Source: Iphione sp. A-MEVVRFRX5
Lineage: Eukaryota
Assembly: GCA_976226885.1 (NCBI GenBank)
Contig: OZ320318.1
Coordinates: forward strand, 83,142,001 to 83,206,000
Length of the DNA: 64,000 nt
Direction of reading: 5' to 3'
The position numbers and the translations under genes are program-made. The notes below the pieces were generated by a model, which saw only the letters and a program-made list of their open reading frames with translations, was not told where the DNA came from and made no database searches. Shown here piece by piece: positions 1 to 13,680 of this stretch (its first letter is position 1; every line of letters starts with the position of its first letter).

Positions 1-451
1 CTCATTTTCAGTTTTTTTTACCTGCGAGAAATATTTTCCATATGGAATCTTATACTTTACAGTTTACTGCAGATTCAGACAGACGGTGAACTTGTCGGTG
101 AGAATGTCCGAATTGAATTCTCACAAGAGGAGTCTAGAGGGTAATATTCTGAGGATGTACCAGAACCGTCATTTTATCTCAGCTGATCTAATTATAAATG
201 TTGGCATTTTTTTTATTGGATGACGGACATGATGGGAATATCATTTAAACAGCTGCCTGTGTTGATTTAGGGGCATAGGCCCATTATTATTTTGTCCATT
301 TATTAGTGGGCAAACAGCCTCTGCAGCACCAATAACACAAATACCCAGACTAGCTATAAGCCCGTTCCCGACATAAATGCGACGGGCCATATGTTGACGG
401 ACTTGTATGACGAACGCAGAACAGATGAATAATTATACATTGCCCGCTCAC

Positions 452-619
452 CTGCAATCGTTTGCGGACCGTAGTAAACACGTATTGCCGTAAGTCCGCC
501 CGTCCTCACCGCAAACGGGCGCGTATTCAAGCGTACACATCATCTTACCCCGACACAGCGGATCTCGGGGGTCAGGGTCACATGGTCCAAGGTGACGTAC
601 TGTCACGTTCGTATCCTCC
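452..619 (-). CDS. Multi-Kazal serine protease inhibitor, internal exon (end of one Kazal domain plus most of the next); gene continues beyond the left edge
   Basis: Translates [55 protein letters not shown], the Kazal C-x-P1..PVCGxDGxTYxNxC pattern. Bounded by aatgacag| and |gtgagc, phase 2-2, 168 nt. Confidence 0.9.
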
Positions 620-3600
620 CTGTCATTGAGAAGGAGGACGTAAAGGTCAATCTGGTTCATAATGTCAGAAGGTCAACGCCATTGGTAAAAGTCATCGGAA
701 GGTGAACTGCATGTCCCATCGTAACGTGACTCAAGTGTAAAGTTTCGGCTCATAAAGCTTAGGGCCCATTTATGTAGTGGAACTTGAACACATCATAGAC
801 CTTTCGTCCCACAGTATACAGGTATATATATATAAATATATGAATGTATATGTGCGTGATAACAGGTTGTTTGGTAGACCACTGCTGGCAGACTGGTTGC
901 TGGCAGTGGGTGCTTCTGGAGGAGAGGGATCAGTTCCCGGTAGTTCCTCAGGGACTGTGACTTCAGGATGTACATATTCTAAAAGGGGACGTTAATCTTG
1001 CTTCCGATACACAAAACCTTTAGAAAGAATGTGGGTGGCAATAAGGTAAGTGAGGGCAAGTAAGTCCCCCCCGCAACAGCTACACATGTACATGCACAGT
1101 CAGTCTCCCAACAACAACTACATTTACATATATATGTACAGCGAGTCTCCATACAAAAACTATATACACATTGTCGTTCAATTTGGTCCTAACTTTCCAA
1201 AAGTGCCGACCTTCACAGACAGCCCTTTGTATTGCAGTTTTAACATTGTTGTGGCATACTATCCTCACACGCATATTTGTATTATTACAGTAGCTCTCTT
1301 ACCAACGCCTCCATTCCCTCTTTTTTAAATCTTCAATGCCACCCATTAGCCATGTATCTGCCAGACCCTTGTTAGTCTTAGGACCAGATTTGGTCCCAGC
1401 TTCACCATGTTTGGGTCTAATTTCCATGTACCCGTGTCTCTGTGAAGTGCGGTAGCATGTTTTTACCGTGGGAATTGGCAACTATGTTTATCACCAGGAG
1501 TGTATCAATGTATGTGTGTAACATTCACTCAATAGTATGTCTCTGTGTAGCATGTTTTTGGAATGGACCTAGTACTTTTCTGCCACATTTTTAACAAACA
1601 TGTATATGTTATTTAAATGGGAACTATGGTTAAATACAGGGGTAATGCAAGGTACAACATTACTTCCGTTATGATTTAGGGTTAACACGGCATCATCTTT
1701 TCAATGGGCTACATGCTTGTGAAAACACACTACATGGGTTTATGGAGATTTAGTCTACGTTTCAATAAAAATATTTCCAAACAAGCTTTTGGAATAATTA
1801 ATTCAGATATATTTTATTTGTATGAAAGAAAATACTATTCGGAATGATTTACACTTAGTAGAAACTGGCATTTGTAAGGATTCATACGCACATTCAAAAC
1901 ATATCTAAGATATACCGAATCAGAGAACTTCAGTAAACCACTTTCTAAATGTATCACCAAAGGACATTCTATTGAGTGTATCTTTATGATGCATAGGGAT
2001 AGAAGCAAGTGGAATGTACTCCTTCTAGTTATGTTTACATCTCAAGTCGTTAAAGTCGGTCATACGTAACTAATTTCGTTGACGCAGGTCACATGTGGGA
2101 CACCAGGACAACGTCAAGGATGAATACAGCTAGGGAATAACTCTGTCGTAATTAAGCAAATGATAACGTCTCTGTGACCATCTTAACTTATGCGTACAAG
2201 TAGTGACCATTTCTCAGCGTATAATGCAGAAAACTGAGGAAGATATTTGTGAGCGAGAAAAATATCATGTGATATTTAGAGAAACTGTACGTGTTATCGG
2301 TAAACAAAGACAACATCTCTTGCTGTAGAAAACACTCATGTATCATCTCTGATTTATGTGTTTGTTTAGAGTTACTGAAATTGTGTCGACGATTTCGAGA
2401 GGGCAAAGGAGGCCAAGGATTGGTTGGGGTAGAATGCATGCAGTTACTAATGAATTAGCCGCATTGGGAAAAAAATTAATCTAGAATAACAAACTGTTTG
2501 TCTCCATTATACAAAAGCGAGTCATTTCCATAAACACATTTTCAGGAAAAGTAATGATATAAACTTTAATATAAATATAATAATACAGAATACATTACAT
2601 GCACATTCTTCGGCTTTTATCAGTAACAATGATACAGTTAATTGCTTTTATTACAGAGGTGAATGTGACTAGTGATTAACTGTGAAAATCTGGTAATTTC
2701 AGTATCATACTGTTGAGTAATTATCAGACTATCTACATGTATTAAGAATTATAATCAATAGAACAAATATTAGAACTTATGCTACAATCTATTGTTTGTC
2801 ATCACATGGTTGACTATAATATAAAATATATAAAGTATTATCACATACACAGTAGTATTTCAACATGTGAACAACTCAGCAAGGAGGACAACTCAGAATG
2901 AAGACGCATTTAACTGGTATGGAAGTTAACTGTCCCTAACATAAACTCGGGTAGCAGGGCAATTTGCAGCTCAGGGCAAAATTGTGTGTTACTATTGGCG
3001 GTCTTATTTAGGAGCTGCTACTCTACACATATAATGGGTGGGGCCTGGGATACATTTCCTATTAAGCCAGTAGCAATGAAATAATAGGGAAAATAATAAA
3101 TGTTTATTTTATTCATATGTGAATGGCATAACTACATTGACCATACAGATTGCCACAACAATATTGTTTTAAATTGTAATACTCTATACACCATAATTAT
3201 TAACTTTACATTTATAGTACAGAAATCTATACTGTGGTCAATATCGAGGATTGGATATGATACAACTAATTATATGAGAGTGACTCATGTATTCTAAGTC
3301 TATAAGGGTGATTTAGGTAACGATACATAGCATCAATTTAACGTAACATCAGTTTGAATTGCTGAAAATATATGTGGAGGAGGGTAAGAATTTCCATCAC
3401 TACTTTTAAGAAATTATATCAGGTCGACGTTGGCTAGGCCTTAGCTCATTGAGTGCAACCGAGTCAAGTAACCAGCCTTCCACACTGCTGTGCTTATAAA
3501 CCTAAGCTTGTTTATCTGTTGCTATGGTGAGAAGTTTGTTAAGGTCTCACTATCTTATTTGCAGTGGTGGGAGTATTTTTGATTTTTACTTCTATAACAC

Positions 3601-4009
3601 GGTTTCGACTGTGTCTCATCAGGCACTCTTATATGTTTATGGTGGAGATTTCTGTCTGAAGGTTTTAAATGACAAATCATTGTTATCTTTTTAGAGTTTC
3701 ACCCATGTGCTGTATATAAACAGGTATGGGGTAAATTTTTTTTTAAAACTTTTAAGAAATTAATTACACCGCCACCTCGTAAACCAGACAACATCAAAGA
3801 CGATTCTTATAACAAGTTTACAGCATTGATATATATATATATATATGTATATATATTTTATATATGCGGCCCACCCCTTGACCAACACTCAGAGGAAATG
3901 TTCGGTCTAGCTCACGAAGTGTTGATAGCGTATATTCTTTCCCTACTTTTTATCGAAGATGTTTAGCATAATCTTCTCAGAAAGTAACAGGTATTTTGTT
4001 GCTTCTCAC

Positions 4010-4168
4010 CTGCATGCCGCAGCAATGTTGAGCATACATTCGTTGCGGTACTCATTGTTGTCGGTCCCACACACCAGGTGGATACCTTCGCCTTCACACC
4101 GAGAGACGTCGCTGGCAGCGCTGCAGCCGCAGCGCCCCCTGTGGTGGATATATACGTGACTGTCCGAC
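4010..4168 (-). CDS. Multi-Kazal inhibitor, internal exon
   Basis: Not in the ORF track. Translates SDSHVYIHHRGRC-GCSAASDVSRCEGEGIHLVCGTDNNEYRNECMLNIAAAC. Bounded by catcttcag| and |gtgaga, phase 2-2, which joins in frame to the 452-619 exon. Confidence 0.88.
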
Positions 4169-5143
4169 CTGAAGATGTTTAAGAGGTTTTAACGGTAGCG
4201 AATCGTGGGAAAGTTGCTTTCCAACCTTCTTTTAAATTCACTGAAATTCTAAACTGACAACGCAAAATAACAGGGGTTGTCTGTCCGTAATTCTATATAG
4301 GAATACAATTGTTTTTTTCCTTGCATACCAAGAGCATGGAATGTAATCATAAGACAGAATAGTTCCCTGTCATGATATCCGACAAGTGACTTGCACCGTG
4401 ATAAATTGATTTTCACGGAAACAATGCCCTAAATCTCCTTGATTTTCTATAAAGTAGGGTTTCATGTTAAGAATCAGTTCAGTATATACCGAGGAGACAA
4501 GTGGTCGAGAAACTCTGATGTAGAATGGTCAAGACCGATGTGATCAAAGCAGGACGTTGTCATCGTCCAATGATATTTTAATGGTATTAGGCCATGTCAA
4601 ATCACTTTGGACGGTTTCTGCCCTAGTTTACTTGCTACCCTGACTGTTTTGTAACTTGATCATTTCATATCTTAACTATTTTATAGCTGGGTCATTTACA
4701 TCACTGGTCACTTTAACAACTTCATTATCTCAATCACACACAAGATTTTGCACAGTGCTCAAAGGCCCCCCATAATGCTACACACTACGCACATCTATGG
4801 AAATGAAGCCTAACCCTATATATATATATACAGTGGAACACCGCAGACCAGGACACCATGGAGACTGTCTACTTCTTTTCACATTAATGTTCTGGTCTGT
4901 CTTCATTATCTCAACCCTTAGAATTAAGAGGAAAACCATTGTTTTCTGTCCATATCCGTCCCTAGTCCTTGTCTGTTCCCATTACTATTCTGTCCCAAAG
5001 GTGGAGTTCCACTGTATGACGTCAGACCTCTTCTACAAATAAGAGCAGATCCGAAAATGCAGGGCAGACCCTATTGAAGGGAAATTTTATAATATACATA
5101 TATAGATCTGATGGCACATCTAGGGTGAGATTACCTTCAAATG

Positions 5144-5316
5144 CAGGCCCGTAGCCAAGAGGTTTTCTGGGGGGTGGGGGGGGGTATCGGACGATACCCC
5201 CAATACCAGAGAGGTGGAACTAATATTTTTGTTTTCCTATCAAGTTCTATAGTAATGAATGTCTATGGGGGTATTGGACGATACCGGCCCCCGATACCCC
5301 CGTGGCTACGGGCTTG
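5144..5316. mobile_element. MITE (non-autonomous DNA transposon)
   Basis: 14-bp TIRs CAGGCCCGTAGCCA / TGGCTACGGGCTTG (1 mismatch), flanked on both sides by AAATG (5-bp TSD). Confidence 0.75.
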
Positions 5317-5538
5317 AAATGTGACGATAAGATTGGGACACGTTTTAGTTCGAGTAGAGAGGGTTTTTTTAGTGACATGTGCTTAGTTATTGATATAATT
5401 AGTTTTAGATTGGACCGAGGAGAAATCTTTATATAGTACGTTGGACACTGTATAAAGTAGAACCTCTCTGCAGCGGACATCATAAGGACTGACATCAAAG
5501 CGTTAGTAGTAGGGGATGTCTGCTATAACCGAGCTACC

Positions 5539-5541
<3 letters not shown>

Positions 5542-5588
<47 letters not shown>

Positions 5589-5606
5589 CTCTATCTATCT
5601 CTCTCT
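5542..5606. repeat. (CT)n/(CTAT)n microsatellite
   Basis: Read directly from the sequence. Confidence 0.95.
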
Positions 5607-7137
5607 CCTATGAAGTATAAGCAAGTCATAATCAAAGGAGTGGGTGGTTGCGGCTCGTCTAGGGTGTTGGGGGTGAGCTTGTTCCTCTCCCAGACTCCCA
5701 CCTGTAAATTATACCCTTACAAAAGAGTGGAACATCGCACCGGTGTCTACCACAGTCCTCCCTTCAACACCAGCCTTTCCCTCAGACCTCCCTCAGGTGT
5801 TGGTAGCTCTGAGGATATGTTCTGCAGTATCCCTGATCAGTCCTTCCTTTACCACAAGTCCGTCCCTCACACCTTCCTCAGATGTTGAAAGATGGGCTTC
5901 AGTCACACTAATGATTGCGTTAAAACCTCGCCCAGCAGGTTAGACCATGAAAACACCTCCAACACTGAGGTGGGGGGGGGTGTTGGTGTCCGCTGCACTT
6001 TTCCGTAATAAACGTCTAGGACTGTAAAATGGGTGTCCACAGATGGGTGTCTGCAGTAGGTGAGTGGCCAAGCAAACTTGAATATGATAAAGGGTTTCAT
6101 TTGGGATTGGACTAAGTACGTCCTTTGTGCGGGTTGTCCGCAGTGGCCAGGTGCCCGTTAACAACTTTACTGTATATTGTGATAGATAGAGTGCATGGGA
6201 TACTCTGGCAAGGGCGTTCCAGTATTCCATGATCCAGTACTCCTGTATCTGCTCCAGTATTTTGCCATCTCTGCCAGTGCCCTGGATCAACCTTTTGCAA
6301 TACTGGATTGCAAAACGATTGCAAGATATTGTATATTGTGAAAGCACTTTGGGTACTCACTACATATAAGGCCACCTACCTAGTAAAACCCCTACGTAGT
6401 AAAACCTCACCCTACCTAAACATTTTTGGCCCCAAAGAGTCTCTAAGGCTGAATTTCCTTAGATATGTGTTTAATGAAACATGTTTTTGGTAAATTCAGT
6501 AGAAAAACAATAAAATCCATGGAAATTCACAAAAAAATGTAAAACTTATACAGATTGGTCAAAATTCTTGATATTTTCTTTATCATTATTGAAAACCAGA
6601 GGAAGGAACTATAAAAAAAGATACCACCCCTACCTAGGTTTTTGGCTGGTTGTTTCCAGAAACACACCTATTTTTTGCCTAAGCAGGATCAAATGTAGAA
6701 TAAGCAGACTGCCATTCACCCTAATGTTGTGTACTTGGAGTGAACCAGATAATTTTCATATAGACATTCTTCATTCACATAAACGAGACATAACATTGGC
6801 ATACTCTGTACCAGGCCAATGTCACCATATACATATAATTACGTATATACAGTACACTCCACCTAAAGCGACAACCAAAGGGAATGAACAAAACTGGTTG
6901 CCTAAGGCAACTGGTCGCTGAGCCAGTGGTTAGGGGGCCAAACCACAAAATGAAATCACTTTCTCTCTTTCTGTCTACAAAGTGAATAAAGGCCCAAAAA
7001 AGTTTTAAAAGTGCTGAATTTGATGGGGAAAGTCCAAAAGTTCTAAAAGTACTGAATTTGATGGGGAAAAGTCCAAAAAAGCTCTAAAAGTGCTCTTTTT
7101 TTAGGGTGCCTTGAGACTCCAATGTCAACTACAAAAT

Positions 7138-7345
7138 GGGCGACCACCAACTTTTCTCACCAGAAATCCTCCAACAACATAGGTAACCTGGGGTTGAGGC
7201 TCCAACATCACCTATAAATTGGGCGACCAGCAATTTTTCTTGACAGAAATGCTGGAACAACATAGGCAACCTGGGCTTGAGGCTCCAATATCACCATAAA
7301 GTGGGCTACCGCAATCTTTTCTCACCAGAAACGCTCCAACGACAA
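7138..7345. repeat. ~83-bp degenerate tandem repeat, about 2.5 copies
   Basis: GGGCGACC-like unit starts at 7138, 7221 and ~7303, with shared AACATAGG.AACCTGGG.TTGAGGCTCCAA. Confidence 0.7.
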
Positions 7346-7553
7346 GGGGGACCTGGTGAGTGGTCACCCAGGACAACTGAAAACATTGCTTCATACTGAA
7401 AATGCCAGAAAATGGGCGGAGTTTATCATATAGAGAATGCACTGAAATTTGATTCGTTCTGTGCAAAAGTGGTCGCCCTACCCGAATGGTCACAGTATGA
7501 GAGTGTACTATACATGTATATGTACATTTATTATATATTGTCTACGTACTTAC

Positions 7554-7677
7554 CCACACTGGGCGTTCGTCAAGAAGCAGTGATTTGTGTAGGTTTGGTT
7601 GTCAGAACCACAGACAGGATTATAGACATCGGGACAGTCGCGGGTACAGTCGTCCAGAGACCAGCCGTCGAGGGTAT
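7554..7677 (-). CDS. Multi-Kazal inhibitor, exon carrying the first visible Kazal domain
   Basis: Translates TLDGWSLDDCTRDCPDVYNPVCGSDNQTYTNHCFLTNAQC. Bounded by ctctcatag| and |gtaagt, phase 1-2, in frame with the 4010-4168 exon. The upstream signal-peptide exon was not confidently located. Confidence 0.88.
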
Positions 7678-10600
7678 CTATGAGAGAAACAAAGGATAAA
7701 AGGCCTTGTTAGAGTGGCCATATGTACATCCCTGCTTCAGAATGTATGAGGAAGTACATGGCTTCCGTCGAAGTGACATCTCTCAACGCTCCCACCATTG
7801 ACATGGGTTTTATACTTAGCATCTTGTATACATGTATAGCGTCAAGATACAGGCGCTTTCGGTTCCCGCTTAAGCTCCCTTGAGTTAGCCCATACAGCGC
7901 ACATGTTCTCAGAGGAATTATAGGCTGGGGGGAGGGGGGTAAGGGGTACTACCGCTACCCCTTATTTGTTCTTCAGGTGTATCTTTTGGTATACGCGGGG
8001 AGTAATAGAATCACGATGAGGGGAGAGGTTAGGAACGCGGTGTGTGTGTGTGTGGGGGGGGGGGGGGTGACCAGTTATGTCAAAGGAAAGGGGATTATAG
8101 CATGTCGTTTGGGAGTAGGGTCAATAATTGTCATTTATCATTTTGCTACATAATACTTTTTTTTCAGATTTCAGTGCGCTCGTTATGAGTAGCTGGTTGA
8201 AAAAACATCCGTTGTACGGATGACTTCTTCTTTGCTCAATAAACATCATTGTCATTGTCATTGACATCGTCAACATTAATAGCACCATCATCAGTGTCGA
8301 AATCAGACACACTGTGACAGATAGATAGTTAGCTATGTGTTGGGGTTTTTTTTGTCAATGTTAATACTAGGAGGATGAATGTACATGTAAGAATACTGGA
8401 TAATGTTCTATTTGTGTGATGAAATCCAGTGGAAATAAAAAAGTTTAAAAAAAATGTATTGAGGGGGAAAAACAACTCACTGAGTTCGTTAATTAATATA
8501 TAGTGGAGGGTTACCATCGAGACGGACCAGGAAGAGGGGACAGATCAGAAATGGAGACAGACCTATGTGTAATCGGTGCTGCACAATCTGATGGACTAGT
8601 TTAAATGTCAATACTATGTTCCCATTTCTGGAAACCTTTATCATTTTTAACTCGTCAGAATGATGCCTTTGAAGAAAGATGCAGACAAAGCACTGGATAA
8701 ATAAGTATGTTAATTGATATGTTGGCATCATTAGTGACACATACCGGCGTCTAACATTCTTCAGTGGTGACCTTAAAAGGTCAAATAATACATTGACCCT
8801 TGCCAAACATGAGTGTGCTTGGAGAACGTTTTTTTTCTGAATTGATTCGTCCTATCAGATATGTAGTTCAAAACTTATTTAAAGTGAAGTGTTAATTTTT
8901 AGTTATAAAAATAATTCATTCGTGGTACTGTGCTATCTCTACAGTTCTTTTGCAAGGGAAAATACACAAGAACCACTTCGTTACAAATACATGAAGAACA
9001 TGTAGAATATGTTCCGATGTACATGTATTAACAAACATCAGTATCATGCATTATAAAACAAATCTCTGTAAGGAATATCGCATCGGAAGCAAACCATTCT
9101 ATAGCTCTTCGTGATACATCCCCATCTAGTCCACTGACAATCAGTGGACTGTTTATGATGTTAGGAGAAACATGCATCCCGACATCTGCTCACGAATGCA
9201 GAATTAGGACAGTCATTTTTGTCATCAGGGCCTCATTAAATATTGCTACTTCATGAGGTCGACAGCTCTTTAGAGTATAATAAGATAAGGATACTGATCA
9301 TTTTAAAACGTATAGCAGTTATAATGAAATAACCAACTCTTACAAAATTTAGTTGGAAATTGATATTACTGGTTTCTATTTTGTATATTGGTATTTATAT
9401 GATATAATCCATACTTAAAAGAAAATAATAGGGAAACTGGTATATTCAATATTTAAAGAACTATACAGAGAAACATGGACCACTGTTTACTGCTCTCCCT
9501 CATGGTCACATTTTCGTGGTGTGGACATGCCTCTCATGTTAAAGATATTCAAATGCATAGCAGCCCCGGTTCACCCTTGGTCTGATATGTATATTTTATG
9601 AAGACCAGGCTAAATTCCACTTCTAAAAAATCAGACTGTTTCCCATTCTCCGTCTACAAGGGACCGCGCTGGCAAAAAAGGCCGCCTCTCACATCACGTT
9701 GGGTTGCAACCTACACTCAACTACATAAACAATGCATACCTCTAGCATGGACTGGTGTGGGTGTGAAAAGAAGGCAATGTAAACGTAGAAAAAGGGCTGG
9801 GGGGGGGCGGGGTAGGTGCGAGGCGACCTTTTGGCAGCGTGGTCTATTCTAGGCGGAGAACAAGGGAACATTCTAGATTTCTTAGGATAAGAACTAAAAA
9901 TAGACGGGAGAACACCCGAAATGAACTGACAATATCTTAAACATATGACGAGGGAGGAGGAGATAAATAATAAAGAGGGAGCGAGGCATAGGGTAGTAAC
10001 TATAGCCATAAAAACAGGATAGCAATAAAGGCAAAGCAGGTCTGAGCGGTTAATTACTCTGCGGTTGCACCTCGAGCACGCACCTGAAGACGTTCTCCAC
10101 CCCCCTTGGACACCTACCTGTGGATAGTGTCAGCAATGCTGTCAGGACTAGTAGTCTTTGCTGGTGTGTTTCCATGTCTTAGAACACGCCTTATATTGGC
10201 TGCCTGTCTGCAAAAGACACACACGCACCCAGCCCGGGAGAAAATTCCCACGCACTCTCCCGTGTCTCTCTCTCTCTCCCCCTCTTCTCTATCCTTCTCT
10301 GCTTGGATCGGGGGCGATCGATGCTCTGCTCCCCCTGACGAAGGCTGGTCGGATCAATAGGTTACCAATGCTCGGGGATGCGGATTTGTGTGCAGTGATG
10401 GGTAATGGAATATATATACTGGTCAGTGTATGTGTAGCAGTCTCGGGGGCTGTGACTGTGTCAAAACAGATAATCGATGACAGTGACTTAAAATCTTCAA
10501 GGATATAGCCGAGATAGGAGCACGAGTGGGGGAGGGAGAGGAATCCTGACACCAGCTAGACCTGCTGCCGTCGTGGTGCTATATTATCCATGGAGGTGCT

Positions 10601-12849
10601 TGCAGTGACAGGAGCAGGCAGTTCGGCATCTCTGCCGGGGATCGTTCGCTGCAGCCGAGGGATACAAAGCGCCGACTGTGGTACCGGTCGCGGGCGCATG
10701 GGGGCATGCGTGCATGCCTCTGGGTGCGTCTACACATTACATCGACACACACACACACACTTACCCGCCCACCCACCTGCACACACGCACGCACTTACCC
10801 ACACACCCACCTGCACACACACACGCACGCACATACGTGGACTCGGTCAACCCTGGCCGGATAGTTAGTGGATGAATGTGGCTGACTCATACGACCATAC
10901 TTGCCATCCCCGACCCACCAACCCCCACCTCCTCATGCTGCTACCACATATATGTATAGATTCCCAATCTCTTCCATTCAGTCTCCTCTCTCCTCTCCCC
11001 TCCGCCCAACGCCCTCCCCCCCGACAGGCAGTCATAGATGACGACCACAACTGCACTAGTAGTGGTTTTTTGTTTGTTAGCTGGGTCACAGTCCCTCAAA
11101 GTGCTACCAGAACGCAAATATATACACTTTCCACTTCGCCAGCTCTGTGCTTAAGGATCTGGGAGCGTTAACGAATGATCAACGCATGGGGCTTGACCTC
11201 ATAAATGAAAATGAAAATGAAATGTTGATAAATAGGATGGGATATCTGATGGATCCTTCTAAAAATTGGAATGTTATAATCAATTCCACATACATGTCTT
11301 CCCTATGTGATGATTTATACATAATAGGTGCCAGACTAATGTTGTCATCTAGAAAACTCTGAAGAGAGGATGGATATAAATCATGTACATGCACATACAC
11401 ATGTTACTTCTACTTATCAACCCCTGTAAGCATTATTGACCACACCCACCGTATGATAGCAATTAATATAGAACAGATAAAAAAAGCTATGCTAATGGAG
11501 ATGTAGACATAGGTAAATATGCATACATGTGAACACCACCTAACAAACAGAGTCACGTGTACCGACATGTTGGGTAATATGTACGAGAGTCTGAGGAGGA
11601 AAATCACCAAATGCACCAATGCCTATCTCATACAACGAGTCGTCTATGAAGAGAGAAAATAGAAATCCGCGGGCTGGAGAGACATCGGAAACGCAGGTGG
11701 CTCTAGGTAGACCTACTTCCAGGTGATAGTGGATCTCTGTTTGTTTCCGGCTTTTGAAGACCTCTCCAGTCCAGGGGGATGTCTCCATCCGGGTCACTCC
11801 CGTGTAGTTACTGATGTTTGTCCCTCACACAACTACAAAATCACGATCCGAAGTCTTATTTGAAAAGCTAAGTAGATGGGTTGAGTGAATAAACCCAGAA
11901 TGTATCGAGATTAAGTCAAAAGTATACGTCCACGCATACCTTTCACATAATTTTCAATTATGTATGAAATTCGGTCACGATTAAGTGGAGCAGTTTTGAG
12001 TAATAATGATAATAAACGGATGGTCGAAAATGGGCGGTGAAAGCGGCGTGAAGATCAGGATAAAAATACATCATATCACTGTTAATCCTCACCCTTATTT
12101 CGAACCCTATTTAACAATTTCTCACATCGTAATAATAAACCTCACTCAATATCCATTCTGCTATAACATGGAGAATCTATTATAGGAGATACATCTAAGG
12201 TGTCCGTGTAGCGGTGCCCAATGCATTACACGTTTAGATTCATCTGGAAGTTTTACTTTCACTCATTGCTTCTACATAATATTTTCCAACAGATCACTAC
12301 CTTGAACACTAGACAGATCTCCTCATTTTGGCGAATGATATTAACGAACGTGCAAGTATTAGTTCACAGATATAATATAAAATATACACACATATATTCA
12401 CATGATAAATCGTGAATAAGGTCAACTTTCCTCTGAATGACTTACGGGGAATTCCCTATGGCTGACTTAACCGGCGGGGTGGAAAAGATTGGTGCTTTAC
12501 GTAAATACACGTGAGATCATGATTCATGAAGCTGAAGCCATGTTGTCAATCTTGTCAGCTAAGTGATATATTGGGCCCCAATGCAGACGGTCAGCAGTTA
12601 AAGTCCCAGTTTCAGTTATCCATGATACATGGAAACACATACATATTTATAGGCCTAAATATGATATCACGAAAGGTAATTGGAAGTTTTTGTATTGATG
12701 TTTCCTATATATTGAAGTTCCTGGAAACATCATGAAACATTTAGTACCAGGTTAAGAATAACCTATTCACCAATGATGCCCTAACCATGACCAATTCGAT
12801 CATTGACATTTTTTTGTTTAAATGCGAAAAGACCAGTGTTGACATTTAC

Positions 12850-13680
12850 TGTGTCTAAGGGTCAGTTTCCTTATGTGTGTTAGTGTCCGTGTGCATTGGT
12901 GTGCATTTGTATGCATTTTTAACCAGCACACTGATTTCAATGGAGGGTGTCTATTGTGTGTGTGAGCTGTCTGTGTGCATTGACATGCATTGACATGCAT
13001 TACCCATTTTAAGTCCCTTCCTGATAATTCAATGCACACGGATACCAACGGATAACAGTATACAGGAGATAGTCCTTGAAGGAGGCTTGGTTAATATGAT
13101 AAGCGCACATTTCTGCAAATATCCATAGATATCCGCACATTTCCGCACAGATTTGCTGTTTTTTGTCACTTTCTCCCTGAAATTCACTTTTTGGCACTTT
13201 CTCCCTGAAATTTGCCAGTTTTTTTTGTCACTTTCACCCTGAAGTTTGCCATTTTTTGGCACTTTCTCCATGGAATTGGCCATAATCTCCCTGAAATGGC
13301 CGTTTCCCTCCATTTTCTCCCTTAAATTTGCCTTTTGTCACAGATAACAAATGCACACTAATAGGTACCCCTATCTGTTAGACTGTGTTAAGGGAAAACA
13401 CATGTAAAACGCATGGGAACACACATGGAAGACAAACGCATAGAAATGCATGACAACGCAGGTAAGGAAACTGGCCCTAAGGGTCGGTTTCCTTACCTGC
13501 TTTGGTGTCCGTGTGCATTGCCATGCGTTTTTTACCAGCACACTGATTTCAATGGAGGGTGTCAATTGTATGCATGAGCTGTCCGTGTGCATTGCCATGC
13601 GTTGACTGTTTTCAGTCCTAGACTGATAATTTAATGCAAACAGACCAAAAACGCACAGTAGTATACCACAGATACTCTTT
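12850..13680. repeat. Internally duplicated repeat with short T-rich tandem units
   Basis: CTAAGGGTC.GTTTCCTT...GTGTCCGTGTGCATTG...CCAGCACACTGATTTCAATGGAGGGTGTC occurs at ~12856 and ~13477; CACTTTCTCCCTGAAATT units lie between them. Confidence 0.6.

Noticed and set aside
8121-8587. Candidate upstream or signal-peptide exons of the Kazal gene (8515-8587; Asp-rich or Met-rich frames near 8230-8305)
   Set aside because: Several frames are open and splice-compatible; nothing in the sequence discriminates between them, so no CDS was called.
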